A stretch of 38,017 bases of DNA. Origin: Asterionella formosa. Lineage: Eukaryota. This document shows positions 9,615-19,861 of this stretch, piece after piece. The number at the start of each line of letters is the position of its first letter. Within the stretch, counting starts at the first letter, position 1. The notes under the pieces are model-generated. The model did not search any database. It had not been told where the DNA came from and saw only the letters and a list, made by a program, of their open reading frames with translations. A program made the translations under genes and the position numbers. The DNA is taken from NCBI GenBank assembly GCA_002256025.1, contig NKIB01015149.1, forward strand, positions 1-38,017, in the 5' to 3' direction.

Positions 9615-12485
9615 TTAGTTCAAAGATGTTTCCTTTTTCTTTGATTCAAACAGGCGCCGTACTACCAATTCGAGCACCTCCGCAATCGGTTTGGATCGAT
9701 TTGCCATATCTTTCATAGTAGCCGCCCACAACTCACCGTGTTTGGGTTCAGCAGTTATACATCGTGCTTTCACCTTTTCTTGTTGCTCCTTTGTACCAGC
9801 TCCGAGTTCAAAGGCATAGTAGAGAGCAAAGAAGTCACCTATGCCAGGATTCAATACCACAGCGCGATCAAACCATTTTCGGGCTTTGTCATGCTTGCGA
9901 TCAGACGCAAAGAGTGATGCAACCGCTGCGATCACGTAAGGATCTTCCGGACATCGTTTTATGGCGTCCGCGCACTTGGACTTTTGTTGAACCTTTGGGG
10001 CAGTGGTAATATTTTCGGCGAGAAGTAGACCAGAGGAAGGACAATCTTGAAGCGCTCGAGCCATCAAGGCTTCTGCTAGTTTCTCGTTTCCAGCTCGACG
10101 TTCCAGTCGAATGCTCTCTAACCATAATGCTGGATTTTTCGGGCAGTTCAGGCGGGCTTGGTCGAGCACACTTCGAGCTTTGATTACTCCAGAGCCAGAT
10201 TTCCCCGAATTCTTGGGGTCGAACGTATGTGCCATTTCTTCCAATCGACTTGTGAGAATCCAAAGAGTCACATTGTCGGAACATTCCTTGAGCCCACGTT
10301 GGTAGAATTTTCTTGCACGGCCCAACGACGACTTGTCCTTCTCAAGATCATCCGATAATATTTGACCACCTATCATATAGTTCTTGGCAAACTTTGGGTA
10401 CTTCAGAATCCCTTGTTCAATCAGTTCCAGCGCTTCAAAGAATTGGTGTTTTTCCCTTTCTAAAATAGCAGATTTCATGAACACACGGGCAGTTGGCGCT
10501 CGCTCTCGTGCTCGTTGAAGGAGCACCCTAGCTCGTTCTGTTTCCCCAGTTTCCCACTCCACCTTGGCAGCTGCTAGCCACACAGCTTCCGAGTTGGGAT
10601 TAGCTGCAAATGCTTCGGTCAGAATCTCCCTCGATTTGTCGATCTCACCAGCTAGCCATCGCTCTTTGGCACGGAATAACCAAAAGATCTCAACACTTGG
10701 TAAACGTGTACACGCCGCAGCCAAGACGTCGTCCAGTGATGCAGCAGTCCCGTGATTGCGTTCCAAGTCGACTGCTTGCATCCAAAGAACTTGCTTGGCA
10801 GGAAATGCAGCGAGAGCATGAGCTATTATTGCTCTTGCAGTAACGATCGCCCCACGCGACAATGAATTCTTGGCATCGTCCGCCCAAGTTCGTTGGCGAT
10901 CTTCTGGATCTACCCCCAGCCCGATGGAGTGCTGAACAATGGCTCCACATGTCAAAGGCGCCCCCGAAAATTCTGCACTTTCAGCCTCATGCAGCCACTG
11001 GCCTCGAGTGACAATAGCGTCATTTTTGGCCAATGACTTGACGGCCTTATCGACAATCTTGTCAACCATTTCGACGTGATCTTGTGATTCTTCTAGTTTG
11101 GCTGCAGCAATCCAAATCGCCCTTTCTGCTGGTAAAGCTTTTCTAGCTTGATTCAGAACCTTGCGAGCATTTTCATAGGATTCCAGTCTCGCTAATGCCA
11201 GCCACATTTCAACAGATTGAGGGACTTTTTCTACTGCCAAAGATAGCAAGACTCTGGCATCGTCAGCTCCCTCCAATTCAATGGCGGCCTTCCAAAGCAT
11301 CACTGATGTTGGGTTCGCTTCCAGTGCTTTTCTCAGCACAGCTTTTTTAGCAGATTCGATTTCTTCTAAATCTGCTGCTCTCAAAAATATTTTGACTGAT
11401 GTTGGTATTTTTCGCACAGCTGTCGCTAGAATCGATTTGGACACTTCTGGAGGGTGCAATCGAGCAGCCTCTAACCATACATCTTCGTTGGTGGGACAAA
11501 CTTCACAACCCTCTTGAATCAATTTTCTTGCTTGTAAAATCTTCCCAGCCGCTTCTTCTACACGCGCCGATGCTATCCAGCCCGGCCCATGCTTTGGGTT
11601 CGTGTCTCTAACTGACTTGAGCAAAAGTCGTGCCTTATTGATGTCGCCGATTTCGGCACTTGTCGCAATCTTCGTACTGGAAAGGGACGTCAAATATCCA
11701 CTGCGGTCCACTTCGGTTTTTGCAGCCACTGATGAATCCGCCATTTTATCTAGACTCATCCCTAACACAGTTCCGCGAGCTTCTGCTAACCCTGACATGT
11801 TGGTGACGGTGGACTGATACCCAGACATGTCTACGGTTGTGGCGGATATGGCCTTATTTCCAGCAGTCGCATCTGAATTCGCCATTGCTTTAGTTTCAAG
11901 TAGAGTGTCAGTGATGGGCGTGAATATTTCTTCTCGTCTATTTTTTTGTTTGAACTTGAGCGAGTTATCTCCAACATCAGGAATATTCATCCATTCATCT
12001 TCTGTGACATCTGCTAACTTCTCCTTCAGTTCTCTAAATTGAGCTCCAATCCGTTGCCTAGCAGTTTGCGTCGCAATCTCATCCACCTGGTATTCACGCT
12101 TTCGTTTTGAATTCATTCGTTCCTCAATCGCCGCATAAATATTGTCAGCTTCGTCGTCATCTTGATCAAAACGCTGTTGAATATTCGGCCTACTATCGTC
12201 GTATCCAGAAAATTCATCGTAACCAGTCGGCCCATCATTATTCGATGCTGGAGTTCCTGCTCCTCTTCCAGCTCCCGCAATGTATCCCTTGGGTGCGTTT
12301 CCAAATGCTGCTCGTAAACCGGACGCTCGACTTCCCGAGTCTGCGCCAGTCGATTCGGTGGTGGAGGCGCTCGCTGCGGTCATTGGTCCTATGTCCGACC
12401 GGGTCGTAAATCCAGCAGCTCCACGCCCTAAGCCGGGTATATAGCCTTTCGGGGCTGGTTTAGAACCGCCACGAAAGGATGACAT
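9615..12485 (-). CDS. PRP6: Pre-mRNA splicing factor PRP6 (U5 snRNP HAT/TPR protein)
   Basis: 956-aa intronless ORF with PKGYIPGLGRGAAGFTTRSDIGP, DDDEADNIY, GDINKARLLLKSVRDTNPKHGPGWIASARVEE, many HAT repeats and C-terminal AEPKHGELW. Confidence 0.98.
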   Translation of the reverse strand: MSSFRGGSKPAPKGYIPGLGRGAAGFTTRSDIGPMTAASASTTESTGADSGSRASGLRAAFGNAPKGYIAGAGRGAGTPASNNDGPTGYDEFSGYDDSRPNIQQRFDQDDDEADNIYAAIEERMNSKRKREYQVDEIATQTARQRIGAQFRELKEKLADVTEDEWMNIPDVGDNSLKFKQKNRREEIFTPITDTLLETKAMANSDATAGNKAISATTVDMSGYQSTVTNMSGLAEARGTVLGMSLDKMADSSVAAKTEVDRSGYLTSLSSTKIATSAEIGDINKARLLLKSVRDTNPKHGPGWIASARVEEAAGKILQARKLIQEGCEVCPTNEDVWLEAARLHPPEVSKSILATAVRKIPTSVKIFLRAADLEEIESAKKAVLRKALEANPTSVMLWKAAIELEGADDARVLLSLAVEKVPQSVEMWLALARLESYENARKVLNQARKALPAERAIWIAAAKLEESQDHVEMVDKIVDKAVKSLAKNDAIVTRGQWLHEAESAEFSGAPLTCGAIVQHSIGLGVDPEDRQRTWADDAKNSLSRGAIVTARAIIAHALAAFPAKQVLWMQAVDLERNHGTAASLDDVLAAACTRLPSVEIFWLFRAKERWLAGEIDKSREILTEAFAANPNSEAVWLAAAKVEWETGETERARVLLQRARERAPTARVFMKSAILEREKHQFFEALELIEQGILKYPKFAKNYMIGGQILSDDLEKDKSSLGRARKFYQRGLKECSDNVTLWILTSRLEEMAHTFDPKNSGKSGSGVIKARSVLDQARLNCPKNPALWLESIRLERRAGNEKLAEALMARALQDCPSSGLLLAENITTAPKVQQKSKCADAIKRCPEDPYVIAAVASLFASDRKHDKARKWFDRAVVLNPGIGDFFALYYAFELGAGTKEQQEKVKARCITAEPKHGELWAATMKDMANRSKPIAEVLELVVRRLFESKKKETSLN

Positions 12486-12760
12486 GGTGATTTCAAAAAA
12501 GATGATCTAGACAGGGCAAATACATGAGTGGTAGATTATGACACACAGAATGAAAAATGAAAAATAAAATAAAATGGTTTCTTCGACGTTTCGATGTACC
12601 GGCATGTCGGCATGCCTCCTCCTAAAATGATGATAATTTATTGTCATATTGTCTGTCATCACTAAAATTTTCCTGTCCTCATGATAACGTCATGAGACAA
12701 ACAAACAAAGTGGTATGTTGCTGTACATTTTTAATTCTAATCATGCACATGCATATGATT

Positions 12761-12805
12761 ACTGGTACCAGGTACCTGGTACGGTACCTGGTAGCTGGTA
12801 CCAGT
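12761..12805. repeat. Quasi-palindromic GGTACC/CCWGG micro-array abutting the left TIR
   Basis: ACTGGTACCAGGTACCTGGTACGGTACCTGGTAGCTGGTACCAGT; the first and last 10 nt are reverse complements. Confidence 0.9.
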
Positions 12806-12992
12806 AAAAAACCGCCATGACGCATTGAGTTGGGGTGTTTGTTTGACTTCTCCAACAAAAGGTAAATTCTATCGAATTTCGGACCCATCTGTTTGATAGA
12901 ACAGCATCGATCAATCAAGCTGTCATGTTAAAATTCTAATCAAATGATTACATCAGAAGATACAATGATAATAAAACAGCTAAGAAGTGATT

Positions 12993-13010
12993 TCAATGGG
13001 TCATGGCAGT
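12993..13010. repeat. Internal partial TIR copy, inverted relative to the left TIR
   Basis: TCAATGGGTCATGGCAGT is identical to 24623-24640. Confidence 0.9.
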
Positions 13011-13196
13011 CGTATATACATTTTTTCTGGATAAATTTATATACATTTTCGAAGACGGATTAGGTCATGTGTTATTGCACTTTTATTTCATTATAATACA
13101 TTTTTACTAAAATCATATATTCATGATCCCACACCTTCTACCATCATGATACTCTTCCGACTTTCAAGTCCAATGGTCAGATCATTGCAATCCCAT

Positions 13197-13550
13197 CGTC
13201 TGCAAATAAAAACTATCATGAATATAGGATCAAGGGTATCATACGCTAAGTGGCACAGGAATTTTACATATAAGATAGTTTTTCGATCAAAAATATGATC
13301 AATGTATCATATAATTATAATCATGCAGTAAACTTTTACCAAGCTTGAAGTATGATGATAATATCATAGTTAAAATGGATTCCATTGCATCAAATAATTA
13401 GTTAAACATGGTCATATGATGTGTATACTTTTGTCATACATCTGTCTTAGCATGATCGTAATTCTCATCGATATCACTGTCTAAAAAATAGAATGAAATT
13501 GATCGAAATTTAGAATTATATTTAAGAATGTTTTTATGTTGCTTTCTATA
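13197..13550 (+). repeat. Internal repeat module R, left copy (inverted copy at ~23430-23884; partial copy from 14076)
   Basis: CGTCTGCAAATAAAAACTATCATGAATATAGGATCAAGGGTATCATACGCTAAGTGGCACAGGA...CTTGAAGTATGATGATAATA aligns with the reverse complement of 23718-23884. Weaker similarity continues to ~13550 versus ~23430. Confidence 0.85.
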
Positions 13551-13770
13551 TCTTGACTGGCTACAGAATGTTCTACAATGCCCTCATCGCAATGATTGGT
13601 GCTTCAGCTTTCACTTCCACCTTCCCCCCAATCAAGTTCTGAAGGTTGTTGTACTGGTTGCCTTGCCGTTATTCCCCTGCTTTGTTCCATTTAATCCTGA
13701 CGGATCTGAGTTTACATTCACGCATTTTCCCATTACTATTGAATCCGTTTCGTTGTTCCAATCAGCCATA

Positions 13771-14077
13771 CTAACAAAGAGAAGCAATTCATTGTTAGCT
13801 AGCTGTTCATGTTTTGCTTACACAACAACATGCATTTCGCTTCTATCTTCACTTACCACAAATTGAGGAAGTAACTGATGCATATTTCTGTAAAAGAATG
13901 TGTCAGTTGAAGATTGAATGAGAAAGTTTCGATCAATAAATGGGCTCCAACTCTGCTCTTCTTTGTAACTTACAAATACTGCTTGTCTACCATTATCTTG
14001 AAAGAAGCAACACATATGTGTCAGTTTTTCTAACAGTTGTGGATTGATCTAAAAATGATAGCACTTACCGATTTTGT
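13771..14077 (-). other. Micro-exon/intron unit in the left transposon arm (coding status unclear)
   Basis: Three GTAAGT donors (14068, 13973, 13856), each with a CTGAC/CTAAC branch site and AG acceptor (13997, 13888, ~13771). Exons are 9, 23 and 31 nt. The unit is homologous to 22927-23254 on the opposite strand. Confidence 0.65.
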
Positions 14078-14786
14078 CTGCAAATAAAAACTATCATATT
14101 TCCATGATGCATCATAAAATCGTGATCATCTGATCATAATTTTTCGTTATATCATCTAATAATTTTGAAAAATGCCCTTGTAATTCAAATAGTAACCCTT
14201 TTGACTACATATATTTAATTATTATATGTATTGTTTCTATTAGATTCCTGTATTCGAATTTCTTGGCAGGGTAATATACCAGCTAAAATAATGCAATTTG
14301 GCTTGTCATTTCCATCCGTCATCACTCCGATTTTTGCAACAATAACGAAATACTAGCGATGACAAGTGGAATGATTGTTTGCGATAACGACGTCTTCAAT
14401 TGTTGGTCATGTGATCATTATATCTTTGAGTAATCGTCATGTGCAGAGAACCTTTGTTCATAACCATTCAATTAAGAGTTTACAGAGAAGAAATCATTCA
14501 AACTCGTAATGGTTCCGCACACAGCGCACATTGTGAATCCGTTTCGTCGACCACCAGCATTACAATCTCGCCAATCAACCCATAAACAAACACATTCTAC
14601 TTGTTCTCGTTGACATTTTCAATTCTCACATGATACTACATCTACTATTGAGATTCAGCATAGAAGGAGATACGAAAATGTACGTAACAGACTACAGTCC
14701 ACATAGCTATAGTTCTTATAGAATGATTCAGATTACAATTTCTTTCTCATGTCGCTCGTTTCTGCATTTGGCATGAAGCAGGTGGC

Positions 14787-15167
14787 TCTCTTCATTGTTG
14801 TTTGCTTGTAGGAAATATTTGTTGGAACTGTCCGTTGCCTCAAACCTGCTTGGCGTGTGCGTACACACACTGCCGACTTGTTTTCATTGGTATGTTGTTC
14901 TTGTATTCACTGTTGAGCTTATCCGCATCTTTGTTACCATCAATTGAGCGACAAGTGGGTGCGTCTCTTCATTGTTGTTTGCTTCTGGAAAAGTCGGTGT
15001 CTGTGTCATCCTCATCAATAGAGGGACAAGTGTCCTTCATCATTGCGGTTTGCCGCTGGAAAAATTGGTACCCGTGGTATCGTCATTCGCTCGTTGGAAC
15101 CAGCCACTGTCCGTTGCCTCAAACCTGATTAGCGTGTGTGTATGTGCACTGTCAACTTGTTTACATT
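14787..15167. repeat. Degenerate internal direct repeats inside the transposon
   Basis: TCTCTTCATTGTTGTTTGCTT...GGAAA occurs at ~14787 and ~14965, with a weaker third copy at ~15033. GTTGGAAC..CTGTCCGTTGCCTCAAACCTG...ACTTGTTT.CATT occurs at 14821-14888 and 15093-15167. Confidence 0.85.
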
Positions 15168-15514
15168 ACAGGAGTGACTTAGCTACTAAAGTGCATGTTA
15201 TAATATCATGCTCCGTAGTACAATGCAAAATACTACAGTTCCCAATCATCTCATCATGATTGAAAAGCAAGGTGATAATGTGATATCAGGATAGGTTTAC
15301 ATTGATGCATACATCGCCAAAGTATGATACGTAATATTGAATAAAGCATATCACATAACTATGATACATTGATCATAGGACTGTGATGATTTTTAAAATG
15401 TTTATGATATAATTTTGATCAAAATATGATCATGTTAAAATAATACAATGACAATAAAATACGATAAAATATGTATGCAAGTGTTATCGATACATCAGAG
15501 AAAATAAATAAGTC

Positions 15515-16283
15515 TCACTATTCGTCCAGAACGCACATCAAGATGAACATCATGAAAGCAGAGAAACTATCGCATTTCTAAAAGAAAAGCATTATATTCA
15601 AGAAAAAGTCCGAGCTAGATCAAGACCTCGAATTCAAGAAGATCAATGCAGACAGAGATGTGATGCTGGCTAAGGCAGTTGATGCACTGAGCGAGTCAGG
15701 AACGAAGTTTGAAGAAAAAAATTGTCCAAATCATACATGGAAGAAAAAGAATTTCTCTGTAAAATCATCGAGAACAATCCCGAAGGCAACTAGCTACTTT
15801 TGTGAAGAGTCAGCATGTGAAATATGTAGAGTTATTATGCCAAGCAAAGCAAACTGCATTTTCCTTGAGTTTGCCGAAAACGCATGGACAACTAAAGTTG
15901 TGAAAAGATTTGTACACACGTACCCCACAAGAACTATGCAATTACGCCTCTGTATTTTATGGATTCAAAGGTGGTATCAAAAAATCATCTTCAGATATTA
16001 AAGATCTTGCATATTGGGTCCTTGAAAAAATTACCTCTATGATCCATTATATAATTCATGAACTTTATCCAACTGATGTAAAGGTTATACTATATTTGAT
16101 CTGGGTGATAACCCAGAAAAGGGTAATAACAAACCATCTATATACCAAGGTGATTTTCATCCACTTCATCATGAAAGTAACTATGTGCTAATTGTTTATT
16201 GCAAACGATCAGATGAGGAGGAAAACAACCATTCAAGGAACGAATACACGCTAAGAGAATGGTTGTTGTGTTGGAGAAAATAA
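15515..16283 (+). pseudogene. Decayed ORF of unknown function, convergent with the transposase
   Basis: Overlapping + strand frames (15660-16001, 15910-16191 and a third to ~16283) give protein-like text across frameshifts: ...LAKAVDALSESG...CPNH...CEESACEIC...DLAYWVLEKITSMIHYIIHELYPTD.... No family recognised. Confidence 0.4.
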
Positions 16284-19200
16284 CATTTCCCCAAAGAAGT
16301 ACTTTTGCCGGAACTGTGTAGGAACTTGATACATCTCCTTTCTCTCAGGTCACTTCAACCCAGTCAAACCATTCACGACCAGAGATTCCTGGCTGCATTT
16401 GAATCATTATTTCATTTCGGATGGCATCTGAGAATAGTAGTTTGGCCGGGAACATTACTTTCAATTTGAACATGATAATGAAAGTCAATCCTTACAATGG
16501 AAACAGGCCCAACCCCATCCTCAAGACTTTTAATTCTTGCTATTTCTTTTGCTGAATTCGCAATTCTCTTTACGTAGTTGGCCCCCTTTGGTAAATCAGG
16601 ATGAACCAATTGAGACAAGGGTGCATCCTTCCTCCGTGATACATGCCCAATCTTATTAGGGACACCTGCTATAGTCCATATGACCAGCTATTTGATGATG
16701 AAGCAGAGAATTGAACTTTAACAGACAGGAAGGGATGCATGGTGAATGGATCTTGGTAGGCGATATTCCCAAAATATCAGGCGACATACTCCTAGGCAAC
16801 ATCCTTGTATCCTGAATCATTCCCTCGAAATCAATTTCTGTTGAAATACCCTCAGATACATTGATGTATACTTTACTCATCTTCTTTTGTTTGTTTTCTG
16901 TATGTAATGAATCACTTGCAAAAACAATTTTTCGTGCCAAGGAAAACTGCCTTGTTTTATATGACCTTGTTAAAATGTCATGCTTTAATCGATGTAATTG
17001 GCTGTCCATTGACGCGCTTACTGGGTTGCTGCTCGTTTCAGTTTGTCTTTCGAAAAAGACTCCAAATATTCACCAAAGAAATTAAGAGGAGATCTAAACT
17101 TCCTAATCAGATGAGGGTAATGTTTCATTGCATGAGATTTTGCCATTCGTAAGTCAATTTGAGATATCATTTCCCGTTGGGGACCAATCATAATCTTTGT
17201 AACTGACATAAATCTATCTCTTAACTCTTTCCTCTAAAATATCAATACTGTACATGTTGATGTATGCTGCGGTATGAATAAGTTTCATTGATAGATATAC
17301 ATAACCATAACAGCAATGTGAAATCCTTTTCTAGGTGCATGTTCTCTGAACCCATCATTCCACCCATTGAAAAAATAGTTAACAGACATAATCCGGGAAT
17401 TTCTTGCCTTGCCTGACATTTTTGACAAAGCTGTCATCCCAGATCTGTATGACAATTTTGGAATATCACGATCGCTTTGCCTTGCTTTTCAAATGACTAT
17501 TGATATATCTAGCAGCCACTTTGTTCGAAGTATACTTTCGAAAATAGATGCATTTCTGGTGCTGGTACAAGTGTTGGGTCTTGATTTTTGCCAGTGTAGA
17601 TATTTTTGGTAAATGGTGCGAGTGTCGCTCCTTTTTTGTCTTTGCCCGTTTCTCCGCTTCCTCTTGATCAAGAAAAATATTGTCTGTTGTTTGAGTGATA
17701 CGTTTCTGATCCGAGATGTTCTATGGAATATCTGGTGTGGTGATTTTCTTTCTTTAAAAAAACATGTCCATTCTTCAGGGATAGTCCGATAATTGTACAA
17801 TGATTCCAAAATGTGTGAACTTAAATATTCCAAGTAGTAATTGATGAAGAACCTCAAATGGAGTTGCACCAAATAATCCTTCTAAGTCACCACCAAAAAA
17901 ATGATTAATTAGTGCAGGCATAATAGGATTTTGCGATATAACTCGGCACCACTCGTTTGCTGTTGCGTATTTGCCATTAGATTGGGAGACACAATACTCA
18001 GGTGGGATGCATGGAGGCCGATATGCATTTTTGTCAAGAAATTTGTTTAAAAACTTTTAAACATCTGTTTTTATCATCTGACACTTTACAATGTTCACAT
18101 CCAATATCGGGATTATCAGCATCTTCAGTTGAAACCAGGCAATCACGACAAACATATAGTCGATATAATCCATTACCACCCCTGAAACCACAAATTTTGT
18201 GTGCCCTTCTGTATCATTAATGATCATTCCAATCTGGAAATAAACTTTTGTCATACCAAGACCATGAACCCAAATATCGTATAACTTGTTTGGATCAATC
18301 TTCGAAAGGCGATAATAGAAATCCTGTAACAGAATGGTATAATTTGAGTCGACATAAGGACAAGTCGTCACCAGATAACTTATTATTCATTTGTTTCTCC
18401 AGATCACTTACTTCAATGTCTGGCAAAAGAGATACCAATTGCCATCCATCAACTTTTTTCATTCCTTCATTCTAACGTTAAGTTTAACATTGTCATCAAA
18501 AACGGATGCTCGGAATGTTTCATTTGTTTATCAATAGGTGAACCATCACTGAAAACTGCTAGGGCAACAAATAAACACCCTGTCTTGCCTTCAACACTCC
18601 ATTTTCTGATGCAGGAGAATTGTTGAATGCATTTTCAAACCAAGTCGCGGAAGTTACTTCGTTATATATGCGTTCTCCACAAGTTGTAAGAAATTTCACT
18701 TGTGGTTGACATAAAAAATGTTGCATGATATCGGAATCACGTAACAATCCTGCCATGATCTGTACTGGTGCGAAATAATGGAGTGTGCGTGGGATGATCA
18801 TGTTTGAATTGTTATCAATCTGTATTTGTTTGGTCAACAGTTGACCACCAGCTAATGTTGGTGGAAATGAAATATCCATGCGTTTTTTCAAAGTCTGGTA
18901 GGATGGAGCTTGATACGCCACCTTCCATCAAAATATTTCATTGCTTTGGCCTTGAACAGCCATTTCATTAGATGATCAAAGTAAACTGGTGGAAGGTAGG
19001 TAATTCTCGTTAAGGAGTAACATGAGTTCTATTTGATTGGATGTATGTTTAGAGAATGTTTACTTGGAAGTTGAAATTGAGGAGGAAGGGGCATTTCCAT
19101 TGCATTTTCAGGGAGAAAGCCGGTGTGATCTTGGAAATCTGAATATTGCATGGTCTCTGAATTCAATCCTTGGAGAGTTTTTAGTCTCAATTGTTCGTCT

Positions 19201-19562
19201 TGTTGTAAATGAATATTGTTATAAACTGAATTGTCGCTGTCGTCATGAAATGAATAACTGTGGCCACTTGATTCAAGGAAAGGAAACATAATCTCTTCTT
19301 GTTGTCTACTCTCCCTAAATGCTGCAGCAGTTGTTACTACACTGCCATTAACTTCTTTCCTTGAATGATTCAATGCACTACCGCAATACATAGTTTCATT
19401 ATGCTTTCCAGGAACTCGATGTTCTTGCATGCAATGTCGACAGTGACCATATGCATAGAAAACACGGTTGCTACAATTTCGTTTGTGAGACTCAGATGGG
19501 GATTTGTTCTTCCGAAATTTGTAGTTACACAGATAACACCATTGCAATGTCCGCAAAGACAT
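16230..19562 (-). pseudogene. Plavaka-type DDE transposase with N-terminal Zn-finger-like motifs, disrupted by many frameshifts and stops
   Basis: Manual translation across frames gives, in order: CYLC..H..C and CRHC..H..C; GERIYNEVTSATWF; LAVFSDG (D ~18546); HPFLMTMLN; GWQLVSLLP; RLKLYHSV; IINDTEGH-K-ICG (D ~18214); CRDC; FGGDLEGLFGATPFEVLHQLLLGIFK; RQSDRDIPK..GMTALSKMSG; KSHAMKHYPHLIRKFxSPLNFFGEYLES (E ~17061); RCHP...WFDWVEV...PAKVLL. This matches the motif order known for Plavaka transposases. The 3' end is approximate. Confidence 0.85.
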
Positions 19563-19861
19563 TGCAAATTTCAAATGATGACAAAGTCAGGATATGAACA
19601 GGATAAAATGAAAATGAATGATTAATAATAAATTTAGCATCACTCTGATCATGCTGTGCTGGACAATACAGAGTCGTGAAATTAGCACTCCACCATAGTA
19701 GTAAAAATGGAGGTATACCACTACATACAGTAAAGGCGCCACTACTAGTATAGAGCAACATCAATGTTTTCCTAACATCTATGATATGGTTTGTGCATTG
19801 TAGAAGTCTCACACTAACTATATATATTATGTAACTACTAAGCATGCATTCTTGGATTCTG

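Noticed and set aside
12796..12801. Target-site duplication for the DNA transposon
   Set aside because: Left flank TGGTAC and right flank TTGCCA do not match at 2-4 bp. A decayed GTAC TSD is conceivable but unsupported.
13818..14015. 65-aa minus-strand ORF (MCCFFQDNGRQ...) as a real exon
   Set aside because: It runs through sequence that aligns as introns with the right-arm copy, so it is probably a chance open frame.
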